63,727 nucleotides of DNA, taken from NCBI GenBank assembly GCA_965153285.1, contig OZ229110.1. One strand, written 5' to 3'. Source of the stretch: Podarcis tiliguerta. Its lineage: Eukaryota. This document shows positions 62,998-63,727 of this stretch, in pieces. The number at the start of each line of letters is the position of its first letter. Positions within the stretch are counted from its first letter, which is position 1. Both the position numbers and the translations under genes were made by a program. The notes beneath the pieces are model-generated. The model was given only the letters and a program-made list of their open reading frames with translations, was not told the DNA's origin and did not search any database.

Positions 62998-63727
62998 TAT
63001 TTCGAAACACAAACATACCATCGTTTTGCATTATATGGACCCTGGAGGAGTTGTAGCCTACATTTTTACATGAAGCAGAGCACTGAAATAGAAGATGGGG
63101 TGAGGAGGACAGGAAATCTGATATGATGCATTTGACCTGACTCAGGTCTAATCGTGGCCTAGACCAACCCAGGGCTTGGCCAAACCAAAAGAAATTCTTT
63201 CTGCCTTATATATATCTATATATCCTGGCTTACTAGTTCAGAGGGCTTGAGCTCCACTCGGTACACTGAGCACATCACATTTCTCTGATCAGTATACAGG
63301 TAAGACTAACCCGGCATCATTAAAACTTCTTCGTTTGGGTGATTAATTTTGTTTTGTTTTACTATCAGCTTTTGAGTTAGTTCCGAAGGCAATGGAATTA
63401 GCATGCCAGATGTTAACAGGAAGGATGTGAATTAGTTTAAATCTATAACGTACAAAGTAAATAAAGTGATAGACTTACAAGGCTATACATTTCCTGTTTG
63501 GGGTTTTTTTTTTTAACCAATTCCCTTATCTGGGTATACTTGAAAGGAATATGTCCTACTACAGAAGGCGAATGCCTTGAGGAATGTAGAAAATATTAAA
63601 GGCTTTCGTCAGGCGTTTAGGCTTGGTCCAGGTTTCCTGTGTAGTCAGTCCTCTTGTCCCCATGTAAATGTTTGGCTCCCCCCCCCCCCTTACTCCTCCT
63701 GCTTTCTCTTTCTCTTGAAGGGGAAGA

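Noticed and set aside
63134-63148. Palindrome GACCTGA-C-TCAGGTC around an AP-1 site
   Set aside because: 7-bp arms are expected by chance in 60 kb, and there is no other support.

Overview
Vertebrate (eukaryotic) genomic DNA, AT-rich and CpG-depleted, with eight N gaps totalling 1858 bp. The repeat content (CR1, L2, Squam3-like SINEs, a Penelope element, CAGTGGTACCTC-ended Tc1/mariner MITEs, many hAT MITEs) points to a squamate reptile, probably a lacertid lizard. That is inference from recalled repeat families, not a search. I recognise no host protein-coding exon, tRNA, rRNA or known miRNA, so the window reads as a long intron or intergenic stretch with several enhancer-like segments. The only recognisable long intact reading frame is the 3' end of a Penelope-like retroelement (48.37-49.35 kb). 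It encodes a GIY-YIG endonuclease plus an unexpected ~185-aa tail, and its stop codon lies in the loop of a minimal hammerhead-ribozyme motif. The least explained structure is an ~88-bp-period tandem array of 59-nt hairpins at 12.9-13.2 kb that shows compensatory base-pair changes. Other items are four nested transposon insertions, a second degenerate hammerhead-like motif, and a CpG/GATA/ETS-rich candidate alternative promoter near 46 kb. Family names are from recall and need RepeatMasker/Dfam confirmation.
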